Counted from the stretch's first letter, positions 29,625 through 38,500 are shown. The stretch: DNA of 64,000 nt from an uncultured Acidobacteriota bacterium (GCA_963717945.1 CAVQXT010000003.1:1342622-1406621); one strand, 5' to 3'. Numbers and translations: made by a program. Notes: a model not told the origin generated them from the sequence alone.

Positions 29625-30553
29625 GCCTGGTCCTCGTAGAGCCACGTGCTCAGGTAGCGTTCGCCCGTATCGGGAAGCACGACCACGATCAGCCGGTCGC
29701 GCGCCTCCTCGCGGGAGGCGACCTTCACCGCCGCCTCCATCGCGGCGCCGCAGGAGATCCCCGAGATGATCCCCTCCTCTTTGCCGAGCCGCCGCGCCAT
29801 GGCGCCGGCGGCCTCGTTGGACACCGTGATGACTTCGTCCACCAGGTCCATGCGGAGCACGTCGGGAACGAACCCCGCGCCGAGCCCCTGGATCTTGTGC
29901 GGCCCGGGCGCGCCGCCCGAGAGCACCGGCGACGCCGCCGGCTCGACGGCGATGGCGCGGAACGACGGCCTCCTCGGCTTGATGACCTCGCTGACGCCGG
30001 TGATCGTGCCGCCGGTGCCCACGCCGGCGACGAAGTAGTCGACCTTGCCGTCGGTGTCCCGCCAGATCTCCTCGGCGGTCGTCCGCCGGTGGACGTCCGG
30101 GTTCGCCGGGTTGGCGAACTGCTGGAGGATCAGGTACCGCGAATCGGACGCGGCCAGTTCCTGCGCGCGCCTGATGGCGCCGGGCATGCCTTCGCCGCCC
30201 GGCGTGAGGATCAGGTCGGCGCCGAACGCCTTGAGCAGCTTGCGTCGCTCGACGCTCGCCGAGTCCGGCATCATCAGCAGGAGCCGGTAGCCGCGGACCG
30301 CCGCGACGAAGGCCAGGCCGATGCCGGTGTTCCCGCTGGTCGGCTCGAGCAGGATCGTGTCGGGCTTGATCCGGGCGGCGCGCTCGGCCGCCTCGATCAT
30401 CGAGAGGCCGATGCGGTCCTTGACGCTGGAGCAGGGGTTGAAGCTTTCGAGCTTGGCGACGATGCGGCCGGGCAGGCCGGCGCCGATCCGGTTGATCGAG
30501 ACGAGCGGCGTGCGGCCGATGAGCGCGGTGATATCGGGGGCGATATTGGACAT
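29621..30553 (-). CDS. cysK: Cysteine synthase A (O-acetylserine sulfhydrylase)
   Basis: The sequence reads [12 protein letters not shown]...[16 protein letters not shown], which contains the PLP Lys, and GTGGTITG is present. Confidence 0.92.
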   Translation of the reverse strand: MSNIAPDITALIGRTPLVSINRIGAGLPGRIVAKLESFNPCSSVKDRIGLSMIEAAERAARIKPDTILLEPTSGNTGIGLAFVAAVRGYRLLLMMPDSASVERRKLLKAFGADLILTPGGEGMPGAIRRAQELAASDSRYLILQQFANPANPDVHRRTTAEEIWRDTDGKVDYFVAGVGTGGTITGVSEVIKPRRPSFRAIAVEPAASPVLSGGAPGPHKIQGLGAGFVPDVLRMDLVDEVITVSNEAAGAMARRLGKEEGIISGISCGAAMEAAVKVASREEARDRLIVVVLPDTGERYLSTWLYEDQA

Positions 30554-30577
30554 GTGGGGGCAGTCCTTTCTACCGAC

Positions 30578-30671
30578 AAATTCGGATCGGGACGAATTTC
30601 AGAATCTGCCAACATCACCTGGCAGATCGTACCACTCGTGGCAGATATTGAAATTCGTCCCGATCCAATTG
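30578..30671. mobile_element. Low-GC palindromic MITE-like element, copy 1
   Basis: The 28-bp arms are GGATCGGGACGAATTTCAGAATCTGCCA (30584-30611) and TGGCAGATATTGAAATTCGTCCCGATCC (30639-30666), with 26/28 complementary. An extra internal TGGCAG lies at 30620. The core is shared with 38501-38573. Confidence 0.6.
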
Positions 30672-30805
30672 TTCCCTGAAATCGAGCATAGCAGCCGGGC
30701 TGGCGCCGGCAAAGCTCAGCCTGGGCCGGCGAGGCACGGGTTCGGCCGGAGTAAGATCAATAGCTGGGGTTCGCCCAATTGGTGGACGACGGTCAGGGGG
30801 CTCGC

Positions 30806-31771
30806 ATGTCGATTATGAGAAGCGTGCTGCTCGCCGGGGCGGAGAGTGTCTGGTTGCGCGACCGGGCGATGCGCACGCCCTTCGTGCGCCGCTCGGTTTC
30901 GCGGTTCATGCCCGGCGAATCCCTGGACGACGCGCTCGGCGCGTGCCGCCGGCAGCAGGCCGAGCGCCACATCGGGACGCTGCTCACGCGACTGGGGGAG
31001 AATCTCTCCAGCCTGGCCGAGGCCGAAGCCGTGACCGCTCACTATTGCGACGTGATCGATCGCGTGGCGACGAGCGGCCTGGACGCGCACGCGTCGGTCA
31101 AGCTCACCCAGCTCGGGCTCGACCTCGGCGCCGACGCCTGCGAGCAGAACCTCCGCGAGCTTGTCACCCGCGCCGAGGCCCGTTCTCGCATGGTGTGGAT
31201 CGACATGGAGAGCAGCAAGTACGTCGATCCGACGATCGACCTGTTCCGCCGCGTGCGCGCGCGGTCTGCGGCGGTTGGATTGTGCCTGCAGGCGTATCTG
31301 CGCCGCACGCCCGCGGACCTCGAGGCGCTGCTGCCGCTCTCGCCGGCCATCCGCCTCGTGAAAGGCGCGTACCGCGAGGAGACGACCGTGGCCTTCCCGC
31401 GCAAGGCGGACGTGGACGAGCAGTTCTTCCGCCTCGCCTCGCGGCTGCTCGATCCGGGCCTTCCGGCGGGCACGTTTCTCGGCATCGGCACCCACGACGC
31501 GCGTCTGGTCAGCCGGTTGCGGGCGGTCATCGCCGCGCGGGGCGTCACGCCGACGGCGTACGAGTTCGCGATGCTCTACGGCATTCAGCGGCCGCTGCAG
31601 GCGCGCCTGGCGGAGGAGGGGGCCCCGCTGCGGGTGCTGGTCAGCTACGGCGAGTACTGGTTCCCGTGGTACATGCGCCGGCTCGCCGAGCGCCCGGCCA
31701 ACGTGCTGTTTGTCGCGAAGAGCCTCCTCGAGCGGCGAGAGGCGATCGCAAGATCACCTGACAATTCCTAG
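30806..31771 (+). CDS. Proline dehydrogenase (monofunctional PutA-like)
   Basis: The sequences SVKLTQLGL, IDMESSKY, LQAYL.R, RLVKGAY and YG..WFPWYMRRLAERPAN are present. Confidence 0.82.
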   Translation: MSIMRSVLLAGAESVWLRDRAMRTPFVRRSVSRFMPGESLDDALGACRRQQAERHIGTLLTRLGENLSSLAEAEAVTAHYCDVIDRVATSGLDAHASVKLTQLGLDLGADACEQNLRELVTRAEARSRMVWIDMESSKYVDPTIDLFRRVRARSAAVGLCLQAYLRRTPADLEALLPLSPAIRLVKGAYREETTVAFPRKADVDEQFFRLASRLLDPGLPAGTFLGIGTHDARLVSRLRAVIAARGVTPTAYEFAMLYGIQRPLQARLAEEGAPLRVLVSYGEYWFPWYMRRLAERPANVLFVAKSLLERREAIARSPDNS

Positions 31772-34700
31772 CGCTCGTGCGGCCACGACGATCCCGCCGG
31801 CGATCGGCGCGGCGACGGCCCCGCCGTCCTCCCCGTGCTCGACGAGCACGGCGAACGCCACGCGGGCAGGGGTGGCGGTCGTCGGGCGGCCGGCCGTCGG
31901 CGGCGCAGGCTCGTACGGCGCGAAGCCGACGAACCACGCGTGGGCCGCCGCATCCTGGACCTCGGCCGCTCCCGCGATCCCCGCGATTGCCGGCGCGACG
32001 TCCTTGACGCGCCGGCCGGTTCCCTCGACCGCCGCCCGGCGCATCGTGGCCGACAGCCACCGGGTCTCCTCGGGCGTCAAGACGGCGCGTGGCGCGGCGG
32101 TCCGACGATTGTTCTCGTCGAGGACCCATCGTCCCTGCGGCATGGCGCCGCCGGCCGCCAGCGCGGCGGCGACGCGCGCCATCTTGAACGGCGTGGCCAG
32201 CACCTGGCCCTGGCCGTACGCCTCGAACGGCAGCGTGGCGCGGACGGTCTCGTCCGACTCGGGCTGGCTCAAGGAGATCTCGAACAGCGCGGACGTCTCC
32301 TCGAGCGCGGGCGCGCCGAGGCGGAGTCCGAGTTGCGCGAAATAGGCGTTGCACCCCGCGATCAAGCCGCGCTCCATGTCGAGGCGGCCGTGGGGCGCGT
32401 GGTCCGAGGGGATGTCGCGGACGGGCTCCGGCCAGCCGGGCAGCCACTTGCCGGCGCCGCGGTCGGGCAACCGCTCGCAGGTGAACGCCTGCCTCCGAAG
32501 CGCCGGCTCGTTCCTCAAGACGGCCGCCGCGGTCACCAGGTCGAAACTCGACCCCGGCGGGTACAGCCCGTAGCGCACGCGGTCGAGGAGGCCGACGTCC
32601 GTGTCGTCCACCGTCGTGTCGCCGCCGGGCCGCGCGGCCGGTTGCGGAAGGACGACCGGCCACGGGTAACTCACCGACGCCAGCAGGTCGCCCTCGGGCG
32701 ACAGCACGACGGCCGCTCCCTCGCGCTGACCGGCCCGCTCCACGCCGGCCTTCAACAAGGCGGCCACCCGCTGCTGGAGCCGGATGTCGAGCGCCAGCCG
32801 CACGTCGCGCGGCCGATCGAGGATCCGCCTCACCGCCGGGTCGTTCGGATCGCCCCGGTGGCGCAGGAGCGGCACCAGCTCGCCCAGGTCGCGACGGATG
32901 ACCTTCGAGGTCACGCCGGTCTCCGGGTCGGTGATCTCGACGACGCGTGGATGGTCGTCGTAGCCGCGCAGGCGGGCGTCGAGATCGCGCTCGACAAACG
33001 ACGTGTTCGCGGCCGCCCAGTTGACCTGGCTGCGCCAGTCGCCCAGCAGGTGAAAGGTGAGGCCGCCGAACGGGTAGCACCGCGCGCCGCTCTGCGGGCA
33101 GGCGCCGGCGGGCGACACGCCCAGCTCGGCGAGCTCCCCGGCGTGCGCCTGCAGATCGGCCGGCCGGCTCGTCGCCAGCGGGATCCCGCGACGGTCGGTG
33201 ACCGTGCCGCGCACGATTTGCTGCGCCACGGCGAGCAGCCTCGGGTTGTACTCGAAGCGCCGCACGCCGTCGGCCTGCATCGCCAGCGCCGTGGCGGCGA
33301 CAAAGTGGTCGGCCCCGGCCGTCTGCACCCAGACGATCCGGCCGGCGACGATGACCAGGCCGGCGGTCAGCGCGACGCGCAGCCAGCCCGTCTGACGGGC
33401 GAACTCGACGCGCGTCGCTCCCGAGCCGGCCGGGCGGCCGATGGCCAGCAACACGCCGAAGGCGAAAAAGTTGGCGAGCATCGACGACCGGCCGTAGCTC
33501 AGGAACGGCGTCGTCACGCCGGTGAGCGGCATCAGGTCGAGCAGGCCGGCCGCGATGAGCAGCAACTGCGCGAAGATGCCGATCGTCAGCCCGAGCGCGA
33601 GGAAGAACGTCGCGTCGCCCGGCGTGCGGCGCGCGATCCGGAAGGCGCGGTAGGCCAGAGCGACGTAGAGGGCGAAGACGGTGAGCAGGCCGATGAGCCC
33701 GGTCTCCTCACCGAGAGCCGACAGGATGAGGTCGGTGTGCCCGGCCGGGATCAGGCGCGGGTCCCCCAGGCCGATGCCCGTCCCCCGGACGGCGCCGGTG
33801 CCGAGCGCCCAGAGCGCGTTCGCAATCTGGTCGCCGCCGCGCACGGCGTTGTCCCACGGCGACCACCACATCTGCACCCGCTGCGCCACCGTGTGCGGGT
33901 AGCCGGCCAGGTAGCCGCCCGCGAACCCGAACACCAGGAGGAGCAGGCCCAGCGCCGCCGCCCTCGCCCGGCCCCGGGCCACGATGTAGAGCCCGAGGAA
34001 CACGCCGCCCAGAACCAGCGCCGGCCCCAGGTCCTTCTGCAGGAAGAAGAACAGGAGCACCAGGCCCATGCCGACGGCGACGGGCAGCAGCACGAGACGG
34101 TCCCGGTCCCGGAGGGCCCTCCAGCGGTGTGCGAAGTGCCCGGCGAGGAAGATCATGACGAGCACGCGGATGGCTTCGACCGGCTGCGCGCCCATCAGGT
34201 TCACCTTGGCGTCGCTCGTCCCCGGCCCGCTGCCGAACGCGATGAGCAGCAGCGACAGGCCGACGGCGCCGGCCAGCGCCAGGTAACCCAGCCGTCGGCC
34301 GAGCCAGCGCTCGAAGTCGAAGGAGGCCGCGGCGGCGAGCACGAGACACCCGGCCGCGACGCCCTGCGCGAAGCGCACGAACAGCATCGGGTCCCGCACG
34401 GGGTCCCTGAGGCTCACCATCATCACGAACCCGATGCCGCACAGGGCGTGGACGATCGGCAGCAGCTGCGTGTCGCCGGTCGAGCGGCGCAGGCGCAGCC
34501 AGGCGTGCGCCAGGTAGAAGGGGAGCAGCAAGAGGAGCGAGGACCAGAGCAGGCTCTGGCGGAACTCGGACGGCGTGCGGACGACGACCGCGCGTCGCAG
34601 CGCCGCCAGCTGCGCCGCGGTCAGCAGCGGAATCGGGATGTCGGTCCGGTCCGGGCTCGCGGCCAGCTGATCGCGCCGCTCGGCGAACCGTTCCCTGAAC

Positions 34701-35062
34701 GACGGCAGGTGGCGCCTGGCCGGCAGATCGCGCTCGGTGACCGTGATCGTGCCGAGCGACCCGACGCCGGACGGCGTGCGGGGCCGCGCCCCCGGCCGGT
34801 CGGGCGCGGCGATCCAGGCGGCGACCCGGTCGGCCACGAACCGGCGCTCGTCCGGGTCGGCGACGATCGGCACGAGCAGGGGCAGCAGCGGCCCCGCCCG
34901 ATCGAGCCGGCTGACGTTGACCGCCCGGCCCGACGAGAGCGCCAGGTCCGTCTCGCGCAGTGCTTCCACGCGCGCGTTCCAGATGAGCCAGAGGCCGGAG
35001 AGCGTGACGAGCGACGCGGCGACGAGCCCGGTGAGCTCGGCACGGCGCGTGCGTTCCGTCAT
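31754..35062 (-). CDS. Fusion protein: N-terminal TM/linker, SEDS (RodA/FtsW) glycosyltransferase, and a class-B PBP with degenerate transpeptidase motifs
   Basis: The SEDS motifs IPAGHTDLILSALGEETGLIG and PLTGVTTPFLSYGRSS are intact. The PBP pedestal reads RGTVTDRRGIPLA. The transpeptidase fold context is kept, but SxxK reads SSFD, SxN reads GCN and KTGT reads IAGA. Confidence 0.85.
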   Translation of the reverse strand: MTERTRRAELTGLVAASLVTLSGLWLIWNARVEALRETDLALSSGRAVNVSRLDRAGPLLPLLVPIVADPDERRFVADRVAAWIAAPDRPGARPRTPSGVGSLGTITVTERDLPARRHLPSFRERFAERRDQLAASPDRTDIPIPLLTAAQLAALRRAVVVRTPSEFRQSLLWSSLLLLLPFYLAHAWLRLRRSTGDTQLLPIVHALCGIGFVMMVSLRDPVRDPMLFVRFAQGVAAGCLVLAAAASFDFERWLGRRLGYLALAGAVGLSLLLIAFGSGPGTSDAKVNLMGAQPVEAIRVLVMIFLAGHFAHRWRALRDRDRLVLLPVAVGMGLVLLFFFLQKDLGPALVLGGVFLGLYIVARGRARAAALGLLLLVFGFAGGYLAGYPHTVAQRVQMWWSPWDNAVRGGDQIANALWALGTGAVRGTGIGLGDPRLIPAGHTDLILSALGEETGLIGLLTVFALYVALAYRAFRIARRTPGDATFFLALGLTIGIFAQLLLIAAGLLDLMPLTGVTTPFLSYGRSSMLANFFAFGVLLAIGRPAGSGATRVEFARQTGWLRVALTAGLVIVAGRIVWVQTAGADHFVAATALAMQADGVRRFEYNPRLLAVAQQIVRGTVTDRRGIPLATSRPADLQAHAGELAELGVSPAGACPQSGARCYPFGGLTFHLLGDWRSQVNWAAANTSFVERDLDARLRGYDDHPRVVEITDPETGVTSKVIRRDLGELVPLLRHRGDPNDPAVRRILDRPRDVRLALDIRLQQRVAALLKAGVERAGQREGAAVVLSPEGDLLASVSYPWPVVLPQPAARPGGDTTVDDTDVGLLDRVRYGLYPPGSSFDLVTAAAVLRNEPALRRQAFTCERLPDRGAGKWLPGWPEPVRDIPSDHAPHGRLDMERGLIAGCNAYFAQLGLRLGAPALEETSALFEISLSQPESDETVRATLPFEAYGQGQVLATPFKMARVAAALAAGGAMPQGRWVLDENNRRTAAPRAVLTPEETRWLSATMRRAAVEGTGRRVKDVAPAIAGIAGAAEVQDAAAHAWFVGFAPYEPAPPTAGRPTTATPARVAFAVLVEHGEDGGAVAAPIAGGIVVAARALGIVR

Positions 35063-35089
35063 GGGCGGAGTTCTCCCGTCGCGTTCCCG

Positions 35090-35815
35090 CTAGACGCCGG
35101 CCACGCGGATCGCGAGCCAGCTCCCGAGCGCGAAGATGACCATCCACCTGAACAGACCGGCGAGCGTCAGCCGCATCATCGCGTCGGCGAACTCCCGGAC
35201 GAAGGCGAGCGGCAGCATCACGAACGCGGCGACATGCCCGCCCCGCAGCCACGCCGGCGCGGCGCGCCACTCGCAGTCGCCTGCGAGCATGGCGACGGCG
35301 CCGGTGCGGCTCATCACCGCCAGCGCCAGCGACCAGGCCGCGTAGACACCGAGCGCGCCCACCACAACGCGGAGCCACCAGGTGCGGGCGCCCCCGGGGC
35401 CTGAAAACCGGAGCACGGCGAGCGCGACCAGCAGCAGCAGGGTCCCGGCCAGCACGATGTCGGTCGGCTGACCGAGCATCACCGGCCCGTGCGCAATGTC
35501 GCTCCGCGAACCGGTCGCCGCGACCAGGAGGCCGAGCAGGAGGATGTAGGGCGCCGCGGGATCGGTCAGCCAGCCGCGCCCGCCGATCCGCCCGCCCCGC
35601 GACAGCACCCACAGCGTCAGGACGGCGAACCCCGCGACGGCGGCGACGACGATCGTTCGCATGGGCGAGCCGACCCGCCAGGTCTCGTACGCCGCGTCGA
35701 TGAGGAGCGCGTCGCCGGCCAGGCGGACGAGGAGGACGCCCAGGCGCGCGGCGAGCCTGCCGACGCGACGGCCGGGGCGGGTCTCGATGCCGATATCGGG
35801 CTGGGCCTCGCTCAT
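35090..35815 (-). CDS. Polytopic membrane protein, unknown function, probably co-transcribed with the SEDS-PBP fusion
   Basis: The 241-aa ORF has about 6 hydrophobic segments. It ends 27 nt upstream of the fusion ATG on the same strand. Confidence 0.55.
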   Translation of the reverse strand: MSEAQPDIGIETRPGRRVGRLAARLGVLLVRLAGDALLIDAAYETWRVGSPMRTIVVAAVAGFAVLTLWVLSRGGRIGGRGWLTDPAAPYILLLGLLVAATGSRSDIAHGPVMLGQPTDIVLAGTLLLLVALAVLRFSGPGGARTWWLRVVVGALGVYAAWSLALAVMSRTGAVAMLAGDCEWRAAPAWLRGGHVAAFVMLPLAFVREFADAMMRLTLAGLFRWMVIFALGSWLAIRVAGV

Positions 35816-35873
35816 GATCGTCGTCCGATCTTACCCGGAACGGCCCCGCTCGGGCCCGAACCTTCACAGTGGC

Positions 35874-36032
35874 GGCGCGGGCTTCCTGGCCCGCGGGATG
35901 GCCGGCGAGGACGCCGGCCCCACACCGTGTCTTGGTGGCGCGGGCCTCCTGGCCCGCGGGATGGCCGGCGAGGACGCCGGCCCCACACCGTGTCTTGGTG
36001 GCGCGGGCCTCCTGGCCCGCGGGATGGCCGGC
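35874..36032. repeat. 63-bp tandem repeat x2.5 (REP family E; two GC hairpins per unit)
   Basis: Units start at 35874, 35937 and 36000. Each unit contains GCGGGCC-TCCT-GGCCCGC and GGCCGGCG-AGGA-CGCCGGCC followed by CCACAC. Confidence 0.9.
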
Positions 36033-36068
36033 TCCCGCTTGATCTGGCGTGACCCGTGCAGTAGCGTG

Positions 36069-38477
36069 ATGGTCGTGTTCACCCAGCCGCTGGTGCCCGA
36101 GTCGATCGTCCATCCGGCCGAAGGACCCAGCCCGCGGTTGCTCGCCGGCGTGGCGCGCAACCTGGCGGCGGTGCCGGAGCTGTTCGCCGACCGGGCGCTC
36201 GCGGCGACCCTGGGCGCCCGCGAGACCGAGGGGCAGCCGCTCGCCATCCGCCGCGCGAGGATGCTCGCCCGGATCCTCGCCGACCACCCGATCGTCATCC
36301 AGGACGGCGAGGTGATCGTCGGGACGAAAACGCGGAAGCCCCGCGGCTCACCGGTCTATCCCGAGATCAACTGCGCCTGGGTGGAGCGCGACCTCGATCG
36401 GCTGGCCACCCGGTCGAACACGCCGTTCACCGTCGCCGAGAAGACCCGGCGCGCGCTCGGCGAGGAGGTCTTCCCGTACTGGCGCGGGCGCCAGGTGGCG
36501 GACCGGATCTTCGAGCAGGTTCCGCCGGCGATGTGGCGCGCCGACGACCGCGGCGTCCTCTACCACTACTTCCGCTCCCGCACGATCGGCCACATCAACG
36601 CCGGCTACGCGAAGGTGCTCGCGCTGGGCTTCGACGGGATTGCGGACGCCGCGCGGCAGGGGCTCGAGGCCCGGCAGGGTGATGGGCCCGAGGCCGCCTC
36701 CAGCCGCGAGATGCTGGCGTCGGTCATCCTCGCCTGCGAGGCCGCGGTGGCGTTTGCCCGGCGCCACGCCGCCGCCCTGCGCGAGCTGGCCGGGGCCGAG
36801 CCCGACGCCGCCCGCCGCGCCGAGCTCGCCCGCATGGCCGACGTGTGCGAGCGCGTGCCGGCCGCGCCGGCCCGCGGCTTCCACGAAGCGCTGCAGTCGA
36901 TGTGGTTCACGCACCTCGTGCTGAACCTCGAGACCGACGGGCACGCGTTCGGCCCCGGCCGCTTCGACCAGTATCTCTACCCGCACTATCGCCGCTCGAT
37001 CGAGACCGGCGAGCTGAACGAAGCGCAGGCGCAGGAACTGCTCGACCTGATGTGGGTCAAGTTCGACGAGATCACGCTGGCCAAGGACTCCGGCGAGGCC
37101 GGGACCAGCAGCTCGTACCCGGAGTTCCAGAACCTGAACATCGGGGGGCTGACGCGCGACGGCCGCGACGCGACCAACGAGCTGTCCTACATGTGCCTCG
37201 CCGCGCTCGAGCGCACGAGGCTGCCGCAGCCAGGGTTGTCGGCCCAGATCAGCTCCCGGACCTCGTCGCGTTTCCTGCTGCGCTGCTGCGAGCTGCTGCG
37301 GCTCGGTCTTGGCATGCCGGCCATGTTCAACGCCGACACCCTCGTGCTCGGGATGGTGAACCGGGGCAAGACGCTCGAGGACGCGCGCGCCAGCAGCCTC
37401 AACGGCTGCGTTGCCTGCTTCTGCGACGGCAAGGACCGGATGGCGTCGAGCGGCTACTTCAACCTGGCCAAGTGCCTCGAGCTGGCGCTCGGCGACGGCC
37501 GCGACCGCCTCACGGGGGAACGGCTGGGGCCGGCCACCGGCGACCCGCGCGCGTTCGCCACGTTCGACGACGTGCTGCAGGCGTTCCGGGCGCAGGTGGC
37601 GCACTTCGTCGACGAGAAGATCCGCTACGACGGCATCGTCCGGCAGGTGTACGCGGCCTATTGCCCGGTGCCGTTCACCTCGGCGGTGATCGACGACTGC
37701 GTCGAGAAGGGGCTCGACTGGCACGCGGGCGGCGCGCGCTACAACATCTCCACGATCTCGGGCGTCGCCGTCGGCACGGTGGCCGACGCGCTGTCGGCGA
37801 TACGGACGCACGTCTTCGAGCGGCGGACGGTCACGATGGCGCAGTTGGTGGACGCGCTGGACCGCGACTGGGAGGGGCACGAGGTGCTGCGCGAGCTGCT
37901 CGTGAACAAGACGCCCCACTACGGGAACGACGATGACGGGCCCGACGCCCTGGCGGCGCTGACCGAGGGGATCTTCTGCGACCAGGTGGAGGCGCACCGC
38001 GACGTGCAGGGCGCGCGCTACTGGGTGGACCTGCTGCCGACGACGGCGCACGTGGCGCTCGGCCAGGTGACCGGGGCCACGCCGGACGGCCGCCGCGCCG
38101 GCACGCCGCTGTCCGAAGGCGTGTCCGCCGTGCAGGGGCACGACCGCCGGGGGCCGACCGCCGCGGCGGCCTCGGTCGCCAAGCTGGACCACGCCCGCAC
38201 CAACGGCACGCTGCTCAACATGCGGATCAACCCGGACTGCCTGCGCACCATCCACGACTTGCGCAAGCTGGCGGCCCTCATCCGCGGCTACTTCGACCAG
38301 GGCGGCCATCACGTCCAGTTCAACATCGTCGATCGCGCGGTGCTCGAGGACGCGATGGCGCACCCCGAGCAGCACCGCGACCTGGTGGTGCGCGTGGCCG
38401 GGTACTCGGATTACTTCGTGCTGCTCAGCCCGGACATCCAGAGGGAGATCTTGTCGCGGACCGAACATGGACTCTGA
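36069..38477 (+). CDS. Glycyl radical enzyme (PFL2/glycerol-dehydratase-like family), substrate unknown
   Basis: The C-terminal glycine loop is VRVAGYSDYFVLLSPDIQREILSRTEH, with Gly at codon 38400-38402. The N-terminal region matches the PFL2 pattern (IVIQDGEVIVG, YWRG). The thiyl loop is NGCVACFC (Cys 37407-37409). Confidence 0.85.
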   Translation: MVVFTQPLVPESIVHPAEGPSPRLLAGVARNLAAVPELFADRALAATLGARETEGQPLAIRRARMLARILADHPIVIQDGEVIVGTKTRKPRGSPVYPEINCAWVERDLDRLATRSNTPFTVAEKTRRALGEEVFPYWRGRQVADRIFEQVPPAMWRADDRGVLYHYFRSRTIGHINAGYAKVLALGFDGIADAARQGLEARQGDGPEAASSREMLASVILACEAAVAFARRHAAALRELAGAEPDAARRAELARMADVCERVPAAPARGFHEALQSMWFTHLVLNLETDGHAFGPGRFDQYLYPHYRRSIETGELNEAQAQELLDLMWVKFDEITLAKDSGEAGTSSSYPEFQNLNIGGLTRDGRDATNELSYMCLAALERTRLPQPGLSAQISSRTSSRFLLRCCELLRLGLGMPAMFNADTLVLGMVNRGKTLEDARASSLNGCVACFCDGKDRMASSGYFNLAKCLELALGDGRDRLTGERLGPATGDPRAFATFDDVLQAFRAQVAHFVDEKIRYDGIVRQVYAAYCPVPFTSAVIDDCVEKGLDWHAGGARYNISTISGVAVGTVADALSAIRTHVFERRTVTMAQLVDALDRDWEGHEVLRELLVNKTPHYGNDDDGPDALAALTEGIFCDQVEAHRDVQGARYWVDLLPTTAHVALGQVTGATPDGRRAGTPLSEGVSAVQGHDRRGPTAAAASVAKLDHARTNGTLLNMRINPDCLRTIHDLRKLAALIRGYFDQGGHHVQFNIVDRAVLEDAMAHPEQHRDLVVRVAGYSDYFVLLSPDIQREILSRTEHGL

Positions 38478-38500
38478 CAATTCGGTCCGCTCCCCGTGGC

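Noticed and set aside
30554-30805. I considered whether the palindromic element upstream of cysK is a sulfur or cysteine-responsive riboswitch or leader.
   Set aside because: An almost identical element lies in a convergent terminator context at 38501-38573. It is symmetric on both strands and has no resemblance to the SAM, T-box or other riboswitch cores I can recognise. It is kept as a MITE-like repeat with possible incidental regulatory effect.
35661-36068. I considered a 938-aa version of the glycyl-radical enzyme with a repeated GAGLLARGMAGEDAGPTPCLG N-terminal extension.
   Set aside because: The extension is the in-frame translation of the 63-bp REP-E tandem repeat. The same DNA unit occurs in clearly non-coding contexts at 48640 and 49441. 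The 5' end of the ORF would overlap the minus-strand membrane-protein gene, and GRE homology starts only at ATG 36069.
31835-36287. I considered the ORFs 31835-35404(+) (1189 aa) and 33708-36287(-) (859 aa).
   Set aside because: They are low-complexity Arg/Pro/Gly-rich shadows of the SEDS-PBP and membrane-protein genes. They have no motifs and no plausible starts with an SD.
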